Assembly (NCBI GenBank): GCA_964361095.1 | Contig: CAYHZA010000001.1 | Coordinates: forward strand, 1,456-65,455 | Direction: 5' to 3' | Source of the DNA: an uncultured Candidatus Saccharibacteria bacterium | Lineage (GTDB): Bacteria; Patescibacteriota; Minisyncoccia; UBA6257; 2-01-FULL-56-20 | Length of the DNA: 64,000 nucleotides | Part shown: piece by piece, positions 46,631-55,029 of the stretch | Layout: each line of letters opens with the position of its first letter | How positions within the stretch are numbered: the first letter of the stretch is position 1 | Program-made: the position numbers and the translations under genes | The notes under the pieces: generated by a model | Told to the model about the DNA's origin: nothing | Seen by the model: only the letters and a program-made list of their open reading frames with translations | Databases searched by the model: none

Positions 46631-46663
46631 TTTGCAAACGCCAAACATATCTTTAAGATATAG
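46631..46663. repeat. 33-bp direct repeat copy 2 (tttgcaaacgccaaacatatctttaagatatag)
   Basis: Duplicate of the tatD 3' end, 474 bp downstream of copy 1. Confidence 0.7.
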
Positions 46664-46705
46664 GCAGAAGCTTGATAAACTACCTTTGATGGTTTGGAGG
46701 ATATT

Positions 46706-47266
46706 GTGGAAAAAACCAGAAGAAAGATCTGTGTGTTTTGCGCTTCGGCTCCGAGCACTCCGATCGAACACGTGAAACTTGCCGAACAATTCGGGAAAGA
46801 CCTCGCCGTGGGCGGGTTCGATCTGGTATGGGGCGGCTGTGAAGCGGCCTCGATGGGGGCTCTTGCAAGAGGCGTTCAATCCGGAGGCGGCAAGGTATTC
46901 GGCGTCATTTTGGAACGCATGTTGGAAGAGGGGCTTGTCTATCGTTCTTCCGACATCCTCTACGCGGAAGAAACCCTCTCAGCGCGCAAACAGCTCATGG
47001 GAGAAATGGCGGATGCGTTCGTGGTTTTGCCGGGAGGATTTGGAACCCTCGACGAATTCGCTTCCCGCCTTGCGGAATCCATTATTGACGCAAAGCACGG
47101 AATCCAGCACAAGAAAATCGCCGTTTTGAACTGGGAGAGATTTTACAGCGACCTTGTCTGTTTTCTCGAAGGTCTTTATGCCTACCGGTTCGCCGACATC
47201 TCGTATCGGGACCTGTATAGGATTCTTCCAGATACGCAATCCGTTCTTGAGTACCTGAAGGAATAA
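46706..47266 (+). CDS. LOG-family protein (cytokinin riboside 5'-monophosphate phosphoribohydrolase-like)
   Basis: PGGFGTLDEF motif. GTG start preceded by ggagg. Confidence 0.7.
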   Translation: MEKTRRKICVFCASAPSTPIEHVKLAEQFGKDLAVGGFDLVWGGCEAASMGALARGVQSGGGKVFGVILERMLEEGLVYRSSDILYAEETLSARKQLMGEMADAFVVLPGGFGTLDEFASRLAESIIDAKHGIQHKKIAVLNWERFYSDLVCFLEGLYAYRFADISYRDLYRILPDTQSVLEYLKE

Positions 47267-47296
47267 AATTTTTTACCAAGATTAGGGAGGTATTCC

Positions 47297-47467
47297 GTGA
47301 AGAAGAAACAAGAACCCGAACTTCGCCTACGTCAGCTTACGCAGGAGGAGATGCGAGAAGCGCTTGTGCGAGAGGCGGCAGAGCTTGAAGCGGCATTTCG
47401 AGAGTTGGATCGAATCCGCTGTGGCGTGTCACAGAGATTTCTTCGGGAGACGAAATTCAATGTCTAA
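47297..47467 (+). CDS. Small hypothetical protein (56 aa, GTG start)
   Basis: Strong RBS gggagg 7 nt upstream. Overlaps the next small ORF. Confidence 0.3.
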   Translation: MKKKQEPELRLRQLTQEEMREALVREAAELEAAFRELDRIRCGVSQRFLRETKFNV

Positions 47468-47630
47468 TGAGCAATCGGAAAAGAAAATAGTTTTTGAAGT
47501 TCGTGAGCTTTCCCACGAGGAAATCGTCGAGTGTGCTCGCGAGGGTCGGCGGCTTCGGCGGGAGATGCAAAAAGAGATCGATGGGACTCGGCACATTTCG
47601 TCCGAAGCGTGGAACTTCCACGTTGACTAA
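47460..47630 (+). CDS. Small hypothetical protein (56 aa) translationally coupled to 47297-47467
   Basis: ATG overlaps the upstream stop (ATGTCTAATGAG). Followed by a terminator. Confidence 0.3.
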   Translation: MSNEQSEKKIVFEVRELSHEEIVECAREGRRLRREMQKEIDGTRHISSEAWNFHVD

Positions 47631-47663
47631 TCCCTGCATACTCATTTTTCGGTGTTTCATCAT

Positions 47664-47696
47664 GACCGCGGAGCATTATTCTGCGGTCTTTTTTTT
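47664..47696 (+). terminator. Rho-independent terminator gaccgcggagc-attatt-ctgcggtc plus T8
   Basis: GC stem plus a T-run. Confidence 0.6.
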
Positions 47697-47726
47697 GCTC
47701 ATTTTTTGCGGTAAAATCTTAATACC

Positions 47727-50333
47727 GTGAAGTACAACCATCGAAAAATTGAGAAGGGATGGCAAAAGCAGTGGCTTAAGGAAAAAATCTATGAGCCCTT
47801 CTTCGCTCCCGCCGCCGCTAAAGCTACGGTGGGCAAGCCTGATTTAACGCACGCAAAGAGGCCTTTTTATAACCTGATGATGTTCCCATATCCTTCCGCG
47901 GAAGGGCTTCATGTCGGGAATATGTACGCGTTTGTGGGCGCGGATATCTACGGGCGTTTCAAGCGGATGCACGGGTATGACGTATTTGAACCGATAGGTT
48001 TGGATGGTTTCGGAATCCATGCCGAAAACTATGCCCTGAAGATAAAGAAGCATCCCGCCGAACAGGCGAAGATTTCCGAAAAGAATTTCTATCGCCAGCT
48101 TGTGGAAATCGGCAACGGTTTTTCGTGGGATGAGCACTTGGAAACCTATGATTCGGAGTACTACAAATGGACGCAGTGGATTTTCGTCCAAATGTTCAAG
48201 CATGGGCTCGCGTATCGTAAAAAGCAGGCGGTTAATTGGTGCCCGGACTGTAAAACCGTTTTGGCCGACGAACAGGTCCTATCCGGAGAATGCGAGCGAT
48301 GCGGTACAAAAGTTATGAAACGAGAGTTGGAACAGTGGTTTTTTCGTATAACGAAGTACGCGGAAAAACTTTTGAAAGGCCTAGATGGATTGGATTGGTC
48401 GGAAAAAATAAAGATCGCCCAGAAAAATTGGATCGGTAAATCCGAAGGCGCGCTTATCGACTTTACGATTAAGGGTACGGGTATGAACGTAGAGGTATTT
48501 ACCACGCGGCCGGATACCATTTTCGGCGCGACGTTTTTGGTTTTGTCGCCGGAAAATCCCTTGGTGACGGCGCTGGAATTCGAAATGAAAAACAGGAAAG
48601 AGGTAACGCGGTACGTGGAGCAGTTCATTAAGCATAAAGAAACTTCGACACCCCACAGGGGTCGGAGTCCCAACCGAAGCGTCGGGGAAAAAAAGGGCAT
48701 AGAACTCAAGGGTGTAAAAGCCATAAATCCGGCGACCAAAAAGGAAATTCCGATTTGGGTCGCGGATTACGTGGTTATGGAATACGGCACGGGGGCGATT
48801 ATGGCGGTACCGGCTCATGACGAACGGGACTTTGAGTTTGCGAAAGAAAAAAAGTTACCCATTAAATTCGTTGTTGTCCCGCCAGCCGATCAGCAAAGCC
48901 GTTTAATGTTGTCTCACTTAGATCTTGCTTCGGGCAATTCAAAATCTCGCACGGATTTTTCCGGTCCCTACACAGGCATAGGCTTTCTCATAGATTCCGA
49001 TCGATACAGTGGTTTTGATTCCGAAAAAGCAAAGTGGGCAATCACGAAATTCGTCAAAGGCAAAAAAGAAATCCACTACCGCCTCCGTGACTGGCTTATC
49101 TCACGCCAGCGTTATTGGGGGCCACCGATTCCGATGATTTTCTGTCCGCATTGCGCGCACCGAAAAATGGGTGAACGAAACGATATGCCCGGGTGGTACA
49201 GCGTTCCCGAAAAAGATCTGCCGGTTCGTTTACCGAAGATCAAAGATTTTCGTCCGAAAGGCGAGGGGGTTTCGCCGTTGGCAAAAGTTCCCTCATTTTA
49301 TGAAGTAAAATGTCCCAAGTGCAACCATGAGGCGGTGCGGGAAACCGACGTTTCGGACACCTTCTTGGATTCCGCATGGTATTACCTTGGGTATTTGATG
49401 CAAAATCAAAAATCAAAAATCAAAAATCAAAATTACAAAGCGAAAAATAAAAGTCCTTGGGATCAAGCGGTTGTACGAAAATGGCTTCCGGTCGATATGT
49501 ATATCGGAGGAGCGGAACACGCCGTACTTCACCTTTTGTACGTTCGATTTATGGCAAAGGTATTTCATGATTGGAAACTCGTTGATTTTGATGAGCCAGC
49601 AAAAAAATTCCGCGCGCACGGGCTTTTGATCCGCGACGGAAAAAAAATCTCAAAATCAAAAGGCAATATTATAAATCCCGATCAGTTTATCAGCGAGTTC
49701 GGCGCGGACGCTCTGCGGATGCACCTGATGTTTTTGGGCCCGTTCGAAGAAGGCGGCGATTTTCACGATCAGGGTATTATGGGCCCCGTACGGTTTTTGG
49801 AGCGCGTGTGGGAGAGATTTAACTCTGTAGCGAAATTTGATTTGCCGCGTTCCAAAGATTCGAATGGGGACGTGAATACCGCCATGTCAGATGAGTATTT
49901 TCATCGGGCGATAAAAAAAATTACCGGAGACATAAAAAATCTGCGTTACAATACCGCCGTGAGCGCTCTTATGATGCTCTTAAACGATATGGTAACGCTC
50001 AAAGTTTATGACAGCAGATTTTTGGTGCTTCTTGCTCCGTTTGCGCCGCACATGGCGGAAGAATTGTGGCGGAACGTTTTGGGCCATAAAACTTCCATTC
50101 ATCGCGAGCCGTGGCCCGTATATGATAAAAACAAAATAGCGGAAAAGACATTCACGTTGGTAATTCAGGTGAACGGCAAAGTGCGGGATACCGTGGATGT
50201 CACGGTTGGAATAAGCGAGTCCGATGCGAGAGAACTTGCTTTAAGTCGAGAGAAAATTAAGAACGCGGTGGGTGAACATTCCATAAAACGCATAATTTAT
50301 ATTCCCGGTCGTCTTATGAATATCGTACTCTAA
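47727..50333 (+). CDS. leuS: Leucine--tRNA ligase
   Basis: GTG start. HVGN(HIGH-like) and KISKSKGN (KMSKS) motifs, editing domain. 868 aa. Confidence 0.9.
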   Translation: MKYNHRKIEKGWQKQWLKEKIYEPFFAPAAAKATVGKPDLTHAKRPFYNLMMFPYPSAEGLHVGNMYAFVGADIYGRFKRMHGYDVFEPIGLDGFGIHAENYALKIKKHPAEQAKISEKNFYRQLVEIGNGFSWDEHLETYDSEYYKWTQWIFVQMFKHGLAYRKKQAVNWCPDCKTVLADEQVLSGECERCGTKVMKRELEQWFFRITKYAEKLLKGLDGLDWSEKIKIAQKNWIGKSEGALIDFTIKGTGMNVEVFTTRPDTIFGATFLVLSPENPLVTALEFEMKNRKEVTRYVEQFIKHKETSTPHRGRSPNRSVGEKKGIELKGVKAINPATKKEIPIWVADYVVMEYGTGAIMAVPAHDERDFEFAKEKKLPIKFVVVPPADQQSRLMLSHLDLASGNSKSRTDFSGPYTGIGFLIDSDRYSGFDSEKAKWAITKFVKGKKEIHYRLRDWLISRQRYWGPPIPMIFCPHCAHRKMGERNDMPGWYSVPEKDLPVRLPKIKDFRPKGEGVSPLAKVPSFYEVKCPKCNHEAVRETDVSDTFLDSAWYYLGYLMQNQKSKIKNQNYKAKNKSPWDQAVVRKWLPVDMYIGGAEHAVLHLLYVRFMAKVFHDWKLVDFDEPAKKFRAHGLLIRDGKKISKSKGNIINPDQFISEFGADALRMHLMFLGPFEEGGDFHDQGIMGPVRFLERVWERFNSVAKFDLPRSKDSNGDVNTAMSDEYFHRAIKKITGDIKNLRYNTAVSALMMLLNDMVTLKVYDSRFLVLLAPFAPHMAEELWRNVLGHKTSIHREPWPVYDKNKIAEKTFTLVIQVNGKVRDTVDVTVGISESDARELALSREKIKNAVGEHSIKRIIYIPGRLMNIVL
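49401..49434 (+). repeat. Heptanucleotide microsatellite (CAAAAAT)x~4.7 inside leuS
   Basis: Encodes QNQKSKIKNQNYK in an insertion region of leuS. Confidence 0.8.
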
Positions 50334-51247
50334 TGGCAAAAGTATTTGGCGCCGCGATTTTAATCCTTGCCTTGATTGTTCTTATTGTTATAGTACGTTC
50401 CGATTCCAATCCCTTAAGTCGGATTTTTACCCGTTCCTCGAGTACTTTTGGAGGTTTTGGCACAAGCACGATTTCGCAGAGACCCTCTCCTCCTGCTTAC
50501 ACTCCGCCGCCACGAACTTCGCCATCTGGCGGATCACCTCCTCTGGCGCAAACGACCTCGACGATAAATCCCCGTGACATTCCGCAGGGATTTACGCTTG
50601 CCCAGCTTTCGCCTTATTTCAAAAAAGTGCGCATTGCTTCGCTCTCTGCCGGTTCGGAGACTAGTTATAGCGTGGTAACACTTCGCGCGGGAATCAGCGG
50701 GTCAAGTACGGTAAATATTACCGGTTGGCAGTTCAAATCGAACCGCGGCGGACAAATTATGCCGCGCGCGATCAATAGTTACGATCCGAGCGGACTTACG
50801 AGCGAGAGCGATATTGTACTTAAAAACGGGGATTTCGTGAGGATCTATTCGACGGTAAGTCCTATCGGGAAAAATCTTCGCCTTAATTCCTGCGTTGGGT
50901 ATCTCGAAAATCATTTGAATTTTAATCCGCGGCTTTCGGTAAGTTGCCCGCAGATTGATTATTCGGGGATCTCTTCATTTACCGGCAGATGTCAGGATTA
51001 TATTCGCTCGCTCGGATCGTGCCGCGAGCCGGTGGCAAATCCGCCGATACCGCTTACCGATTACGCGTGCAGAGATTATGTGAGCGTCTTAAATTATCGC
51101 GGGTGTTACGACCGCCATCGCGGCGATTCTGATTTCTTGAAAAACGAATGGCGCGTGTGGACAGGGAGTAAATTCCTTGATTTTCGTCACGACCGAGTAT
51201 ACCTCTTTGATACGCGAGGCTTGCTGGTAGACGCTTATACGTACTAA
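50333..51247 (+). CDS. Hypothetical secreted/membrane-anchored Pro/Ser-rich protein with Cys-rich C-terminus
   Basis: N-terminal TM helix. ATG overlaps the leuS stop. Confidence 0.4.
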   Translation: MAKVFGAAILILALIVLIVIVRSDSNPLSRIFTRSSSTFGGFGTSTISQRPSPPAYTPPPRTSPSGGSPPLAQTTSTINPRDIPQGFTLAQLSPYFKKVRIASLSAGSETSYSVVTLRAGISGSSTVNITGWQFKSNRGGQIMPRAINSYDPSGLTSESDIVLKNGDFVRIYSTVSPIGKNLRLNSCVGYLENHLNFNPRLSVSCPQIDYSGISSFTGRCQDYIRSLGSCREPVANPPIPLTDYACRDYVSVLNYRGCYDRHRGDSDFLKNEWRVWTGSKFLDFRHDRVYLFDTRGLLVDAYTY

Positions 51248-51253
51248 GAATTT

Positions 51254-52303
51254 CTATTTTCGTTCGGCGAGAGCGATCTGCACGTTGAATTTTTTTATTC
51301 CGCGGAGGATGAGGAGGTTCACTTTGTCGCCTACGGCAAGATTTTCGAGTACGTCCTGGATCGGATGCTCGCGGTCGATTTTCTGATCGTTGCACTCAAG
51401 AATAATATCTTTTTCTTTGATGCCCGCCTTTTCCGCAGGTCCCTTGGAGAGTACGCCGTGGTCATGGGGAGTTTCGCTCATTATGAGAGCTCCATAACTT
51501 ACCGGAAGTTTCATTTTGTCCTTTAAATTTTCGTCAATGGTTAAGTAGCGGACGCCGAGCATTGGGCGTAGAATACGGCCGTATTTTTTGAGATCATTAA
51601 AGTCGCGGTGCGCGGCGTTAATAGGAATGGCAAAACCGATATTTTGCGCTCCAAATACGATTGCGGCGTTGATGCCGATCGCAAAGCCATTCATATCAAC
51701 AAGAGGTCCGCCGGAGTTTCCGGGGTTGATTGCGGCGTCGGTTTGAATCAAGCCGCGCATTTCCTGAGGAGGGGACATCGGATCTGCCTGCGCGGAGATT
51801 GATCGTGAAAGTCCCGAGACGATGCCGAGAGATACGGTATTTTTGAAAAGCCCCAGCGCGTTTCCAATCGCGATTACGCTTTGACCGAGGTCAAGTTTTG
51901 TAGCATCTCCAAGCTCAACAACCGGCATTTCGAAGGCTTCGATTTTGATAATCGCGACGTCGTTTATGGGATCGCGACTCAATACTTTCCCGGGAAATTT
52001 CCTTCCATCGTCGGTTAGTATCGTATATTCGGCCTTGGGGTCGCTGATGACGTGTTTGTTGGTGAGTATCAAACCGTCGGCTTCAACAATAAAGCCGGAA
52101 CCGCCGCCGATTTGCACCATTCCATTTTTATCGACAAGTTCGGGAGGGATTTTAAGTTTTGGTCCTTTTGGTCCGCCCGGAAGAAAAGGGAGAAGTTCCC
52201 GAGGAATTTCTTTTTCGAGATCTTCGAGATGTTTTGTAATGACGATCGAAACGACCGCCGGCATTACTTTTTTAATCGTCGCGATAATTTGTTTTTCTTC
52301 CAT
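51254..52303 (-). CDS. htrA: HtrA/DegP-family serine protease with PDZ domain
   Basis: GSGFIV...TNKHVI (His), TDAAINPGNSGGPL (Ser) motifs. PDZ at the C-terminus. Start at MEEKQ, preceded by aaaggtggg. Confidence 0.8.
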   Translation of the reverse strand: MEEKQIIATIKKVMPAVVSIVITKHLEDLEKEIPRELLPFLPGGPKGPKLKIPPELVDKNGMVQIGGGSGFIVEADGLILTNKHVISDPKAEYTILTDDGRKFPGKVLSRDPINDVAIIKIEAFEMPVVELGDATKLDLGQSVIAIGNALGLFKNTVSLGIVSGLSRSISAQADPMSPPQEMRGLIQTDAAINPGNSGGPLVDMNGFAIGINAAIVFGAQNIGFAIPINAAHRDFNDLKKYGRILRPMLGVRYLTIDENLKDKMKLPVSYGALIMSETPHDHGVLSKGPAEKAGIKEKDIILECNDQKIDREHPIQDVLENLAVGDKVNLLILRGIKKFNVQIALAERK

Positions 52304-52438
52304 CCCACCTTTAAAGAATTGCAAAGCAGTCACAATTCTTAATTTTAGTTTTTGACCGTTTTTTCAAGTATATAACACATTGCTTATGAAATACAGTATA
52401 TAGAAAATAAGAAAACAGATTCTTTAAAGGTGGGGGAT

Positions 52439-52476
52439 CCCGTTACAATCAGAACCCTAAGCCGGATTGTAACGGG
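52439..52476. repeat. Hairpin CCCGTTACAATC-(14 nt)-GATTGTAACGGG
   Basis: 12-bp perfect stem. Another CCCGTTA-type palindrome. Confidence 0.5.
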
Positions 52477-52542
52477 GGTAATTTAAACAAAAATCGCTCC
52501 GAGGGTGCGGAACGATTTTTGCTGCAACGTATGTATCAATTA

Positions 52543-53361
52543 CTACGGAGTCGAAGTCGAAGTTGTTGTAGTTGTTGCATTTTTGGCCTCGCCGAATGCT
52601 ACCTTAAGGTCAGCCCTCGCCTTTTCCATCGCTGTCTTGAAATCACTATGCGCCTTTTCAAAGGCGGATTTTCGAGTGGTCTTTAGTGCCTCGAAGCCAG
52701 TCTTGAAGGTATCTTGAGCTTTTTTTACGGCATTCGTAAAGGTTTCACGGGCGGACGCGAGAGCGGTTTTTAAGCCCTCCCGTATCGTGTCACGATCAGC
52801 TCCCGCGGCGCAGTCGGTTTTCGCCTTGGCGATTGCCGCTGATTTTGCGGTTTTTGCCGCGACCATCGCCTGGTCGATTGCCACCTTTCTTTCATCTATG
52901 AGCTTCTGAACTCCGGTAGTGAAAGAAGAAATCGAGGCATCGACAGCTTTGCGGCGTGCGGAGATAGCATTCGCAACCGCTGTTTGGAACGCCGTTACTG
53001 CCGCTTTTTGCGCGTCAGTTTGCGCTCGTTCCATAAGCTTCGTGATGTGCTCTTGCGTTTTTCCATCCTGTTTCACACGGTTTTCGGAAAGTTTGTTTTT
53101 GCGGTCTTCAACTTTCTTTTCGACCATCTCTTTCCGTTCCATGCGGCGATCCTTGATGTTTTCCGTTCGCTCCATCAAGTTTTGGTCAAGTTTGGAGAGC
53201 CGCTCATTGAGCATGCTACAGAAGTTTGCTGTGTTGCCCGGTGTTGAACTTGGTGCGGCCCCTTTTCTCTCTACCCGCTCCGCCTGGGCAAAACTGCCCA
53301 CCGGCGCGAGAAGAACAACGAGGGTCAAGCTTCCGACTATTTTTTTAATTGCTGTGTTCAT
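52543..53361 (-). CDS. Hypothetical secreted alpha-helical (Ala/Lys-rich) protein
   Basis: Signal peptide and repetitive helical sequence. Confidence 0.45.
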   Translation of the reverse strand: MNTAIKKIVGSLTLVVLLAPVGSFAQAERVERKGAAPSSTPGNTANFCSMLNERLSKLDQNLMERTENIKDRRMERKEMVEKKVEDRKNKLSENRVKQDGKTQEHITKLMERAQTDAQKAAVTAFQTAVANAISARRKAVDASISSFTTGVQKLIDERKVAIDQAMVAAKTAKSAAIAKAKTDCAAGADRDTIREGLKTALASARETFTNAVKKAQDTFKTGFEALKTTRKSAFEKAHSDFKTAMEKARADLKVAFGEAKNATTTTTSTSTP

Positions 53362-53363
53362 GG

Positions 53364-53660
53364 TTAGAATTGACTCCCGTCAAAAGACTTGCCAAAATCG
53401 CTGATGGCTTGGTCGTTTTCCGCAAGAATTGAAGGATCATTTTCGAGTGTGGGAGTTTCGTCGGCCGCGCCGATGCTCATGATGATCGCGGCAGTCGCGT
53501 CGTCAGGATTACCGTTTGCCGCCGGCGGGTTTTGCACATTGGCCGGATTTGTCGCCCCCGTGTTTTCGTTCGAAGGGGTCATCGGCTGGCTATTCATAAA
53601 GAAATACAGCCCGACAACCACCAAAACTACTACAATACCGATAATATATTTTTTTGCCAT
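53364..53660 (-). CDS. Small membrane-anchored hypothetical protein
   Basis: N-terminal TM helix. 98 aa. Confidence 0.4.
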   Translation of the reverse strand: MAKKYIIGIVVVLVVVGLYFFMNSQPMTPSNENTGATNPANVQNPPAANGNPDDATAAIIMSIGAADETPTLENDPSILAENDQAISDFGKSFDGSQF

Positions 53661-53676
53661 GATTTTGGATTATATA

Positions 53677-53814
53677 CCCCCACACCTAAATGAAATAATT
53701 ATCATCTCGAAGTTCTTGCTTCATCCCGCATCTTAAGAAGTTCGGAAGAACATAGACCTAATCTCAAGGCGGAAAGAGCGTGGTGAGCTTCGCAATTTCA
53801 TTTAGGTGTGGGGG
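53677..53814. mobile_element. MITE-like miniature copy of the CCCCCACACC element: perfect 19-bp terminal inverted repeats (cccccacacctaaatgaaa / tttcatttaggtgtggggg) around ~100 bp with no ORF
   Basis: The inverted repeats match the transketolase-associated GIY-YIG element subtype (cctaa). The interior carries its own small inverted repeat. Confidence 0.7.
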
Positions 53815-53953
53815 CGAGTCGACCTTTCTTTGGATGATATACGTATCATTGTATCATTTTGAAACCAGGAAACAAACGCGCGGAATACTTTGAAAATAGA
53901 AAGAAAAACCGCGGCATGTGATGTGCCGCGGGGAAAATAGAGGGAATCGTGAA

Positions 53954-54283
53954 TCATCGATGCGCAGTGGCGGTTTTTGTCTTCTCGATTTGGCTTTCGA
54001 TCTCTCGCCATGTGTCCGACGAGCGGTTTCGCACATCTTCGAGTTTTCCGCGTCCTCTTCGCCGGTAGAGGATGAAGCAGAGCTGGCGGCTTTCCTTGAT
54101 GAAAGTTGCTTCTTCGTGGGCGTGGAGTTGGATTACCAACGGATTTCTTCCGCCCGTGGTGCGAAGCACCTCAAAGCAATTCTCATCCACATCTCCACGG
54201 TGTCTCAAAAAGTCGACGATAGCTTCATTCGTTGCTTGATTCCTCGGTTCGACGTACCAGCGGGTTTCCTCATCTTTCGCCAC
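53954..54283 (-). CDS. Hypothetical protein (GTG start)
   Basis: 109 aa. RBS gaggag 8 nt upstream of GTG. Confidence 0.3.
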   Translation of the reverse strand: MAKDEETRWYVEPRNQATNEAIVDFLRHRGDVDENCFEVLRTTGGRNPLVIQLHAHEEATFIKESRQLCFILYRRRGRGKLEDVRNRSSDTWREIESQIEKTKTATAHR

Positions 54284-54390
54284 GATTATTCTCCTCTCGA
54301 GAGAAAAGTTTTTATACGTTGTGCTGACAATAGGGGAGCTATTATTGATACTAAAGAAAAGAGAGTTTTTTGTAAATTACCTGCTTTTCC

Positions 54391-54480
54391 CACCCAAAGC
54401 GGAAGGTGGATGCCCCGCCCATGGCGGGATTGCTGTTTTCTAAATTCGCTTTGCTTATTAAGAAAACAGGGAAGATTCTT
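54391..54480. repeat. Degenerate duplicate of the tRNA-Ser flanking region with the tRNA body deleted
   Basis: cccaaagcggaaggtgga ... tgctgttttctaa...ttaagaaaacaggga parallels 54613-54640 and 54725-54775. Confidence 0.5.
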
Positions 54481-54540
54481 CCCGTTCGGTACAAATCTTT
54501 GATTTGTTAACCGAACGCAATCCCGCTTCGCGGGAGAACC

Positions 54541-54600
54541 TCTACCGATTTTCCCGAACATTGCGGTAGGGGTGAGATTCGAACTCACGATACCATTTCT
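54541..54600 (-). other. tRNA 3'-half-like fragment (stem-loop plus T-arm GTGAG-TTCGAAT-CTCAC plus acceptor-3'-like strand) lacking a 5' half
   Basis: Minus-strand read ...CTATACCAGAAATGGTATCGTGAGTTCGAATCTCACCCCTACCGC. No D-arm or 5' acceptor strand is found. Confidence 0.4.
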
Positions 54601-54626
54601 GGTATAGCAGTTTTCCCCGCCCAAAG

Positions 54627-54713
54627 CGGAAGGTGGAGGATTCGAACCTCCGAAGCTGTTTCCAGCTTACCGCATTTCAAGTGCGGCGCATTCGTCCACT
54701 CTGCCAACCTTCC
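54627..54713 (-). tRNA. tRNA-Ser (anticodon TGA), type II with long variable arm
   Basis: GGAAGGT acceptor stem, 3-bp D-stem, anticodon loop CTTGAAA, variable hairpin, T-arm GGAGG-TTCGAAT-CCTCC, discriminator G. 12-bp leader/trailer complementarity. Confidence 0.85.
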
Positions 54714-54958
54714 GCTTTGGGCGGGACTGCTTTTTTCTAAGCTCATCTTATTCGCTAAGAAAACAGGGAGCAAGACTGCCGCCTTCAACCCTTGCCCGCC
54801 AAAACTTTGGCGTCGGCGGGACTCGGCCACCCCACCCGCTTGCTTTATTGTTAGTGAAAAATAAGAAAATTACAAATTCCGAGGGTGGCATGGAATGAAG
54901 CTCCGATGCTTCGATCGGAGCACAAAAAAAACCCTGAGTATTCGGGGTTTTCTTTTTG

Positions 54959-55029
54959 TGGACCTACGGGGAATCGAACCCCGATATCACGCATGCCATG
55001 CGTGCGCTTTACCACTAAGCTATAGGCCC
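54959..55029 (-). tRNA. tRNA-Ala (anticodon GGC)
   Basis: GGGCCTA acceptor with the G3:U70 identity pair. Anticodon loop ATGGCAT. T-arm CGGGG-TTCGATT-CCCCG. Upstream promoter TTGCAA-17-TACTAT. Downstream terminator. Confidence 0.85.

Noticed and set aside
48161-48818. Minus-strand ORFs within leuS
   Set aside because: Antisense shadow ORFs inside an 868-aa LeuS gene with HIGH and KMSKS motifs.
53918-54502. 194-aa plus-strand ORF
   Set aside because: It overlaps the better-supported minus-strand ORF 53954-54283 (GTG plus RBS) and runs into the tRNA-like repeat region. No motifs.
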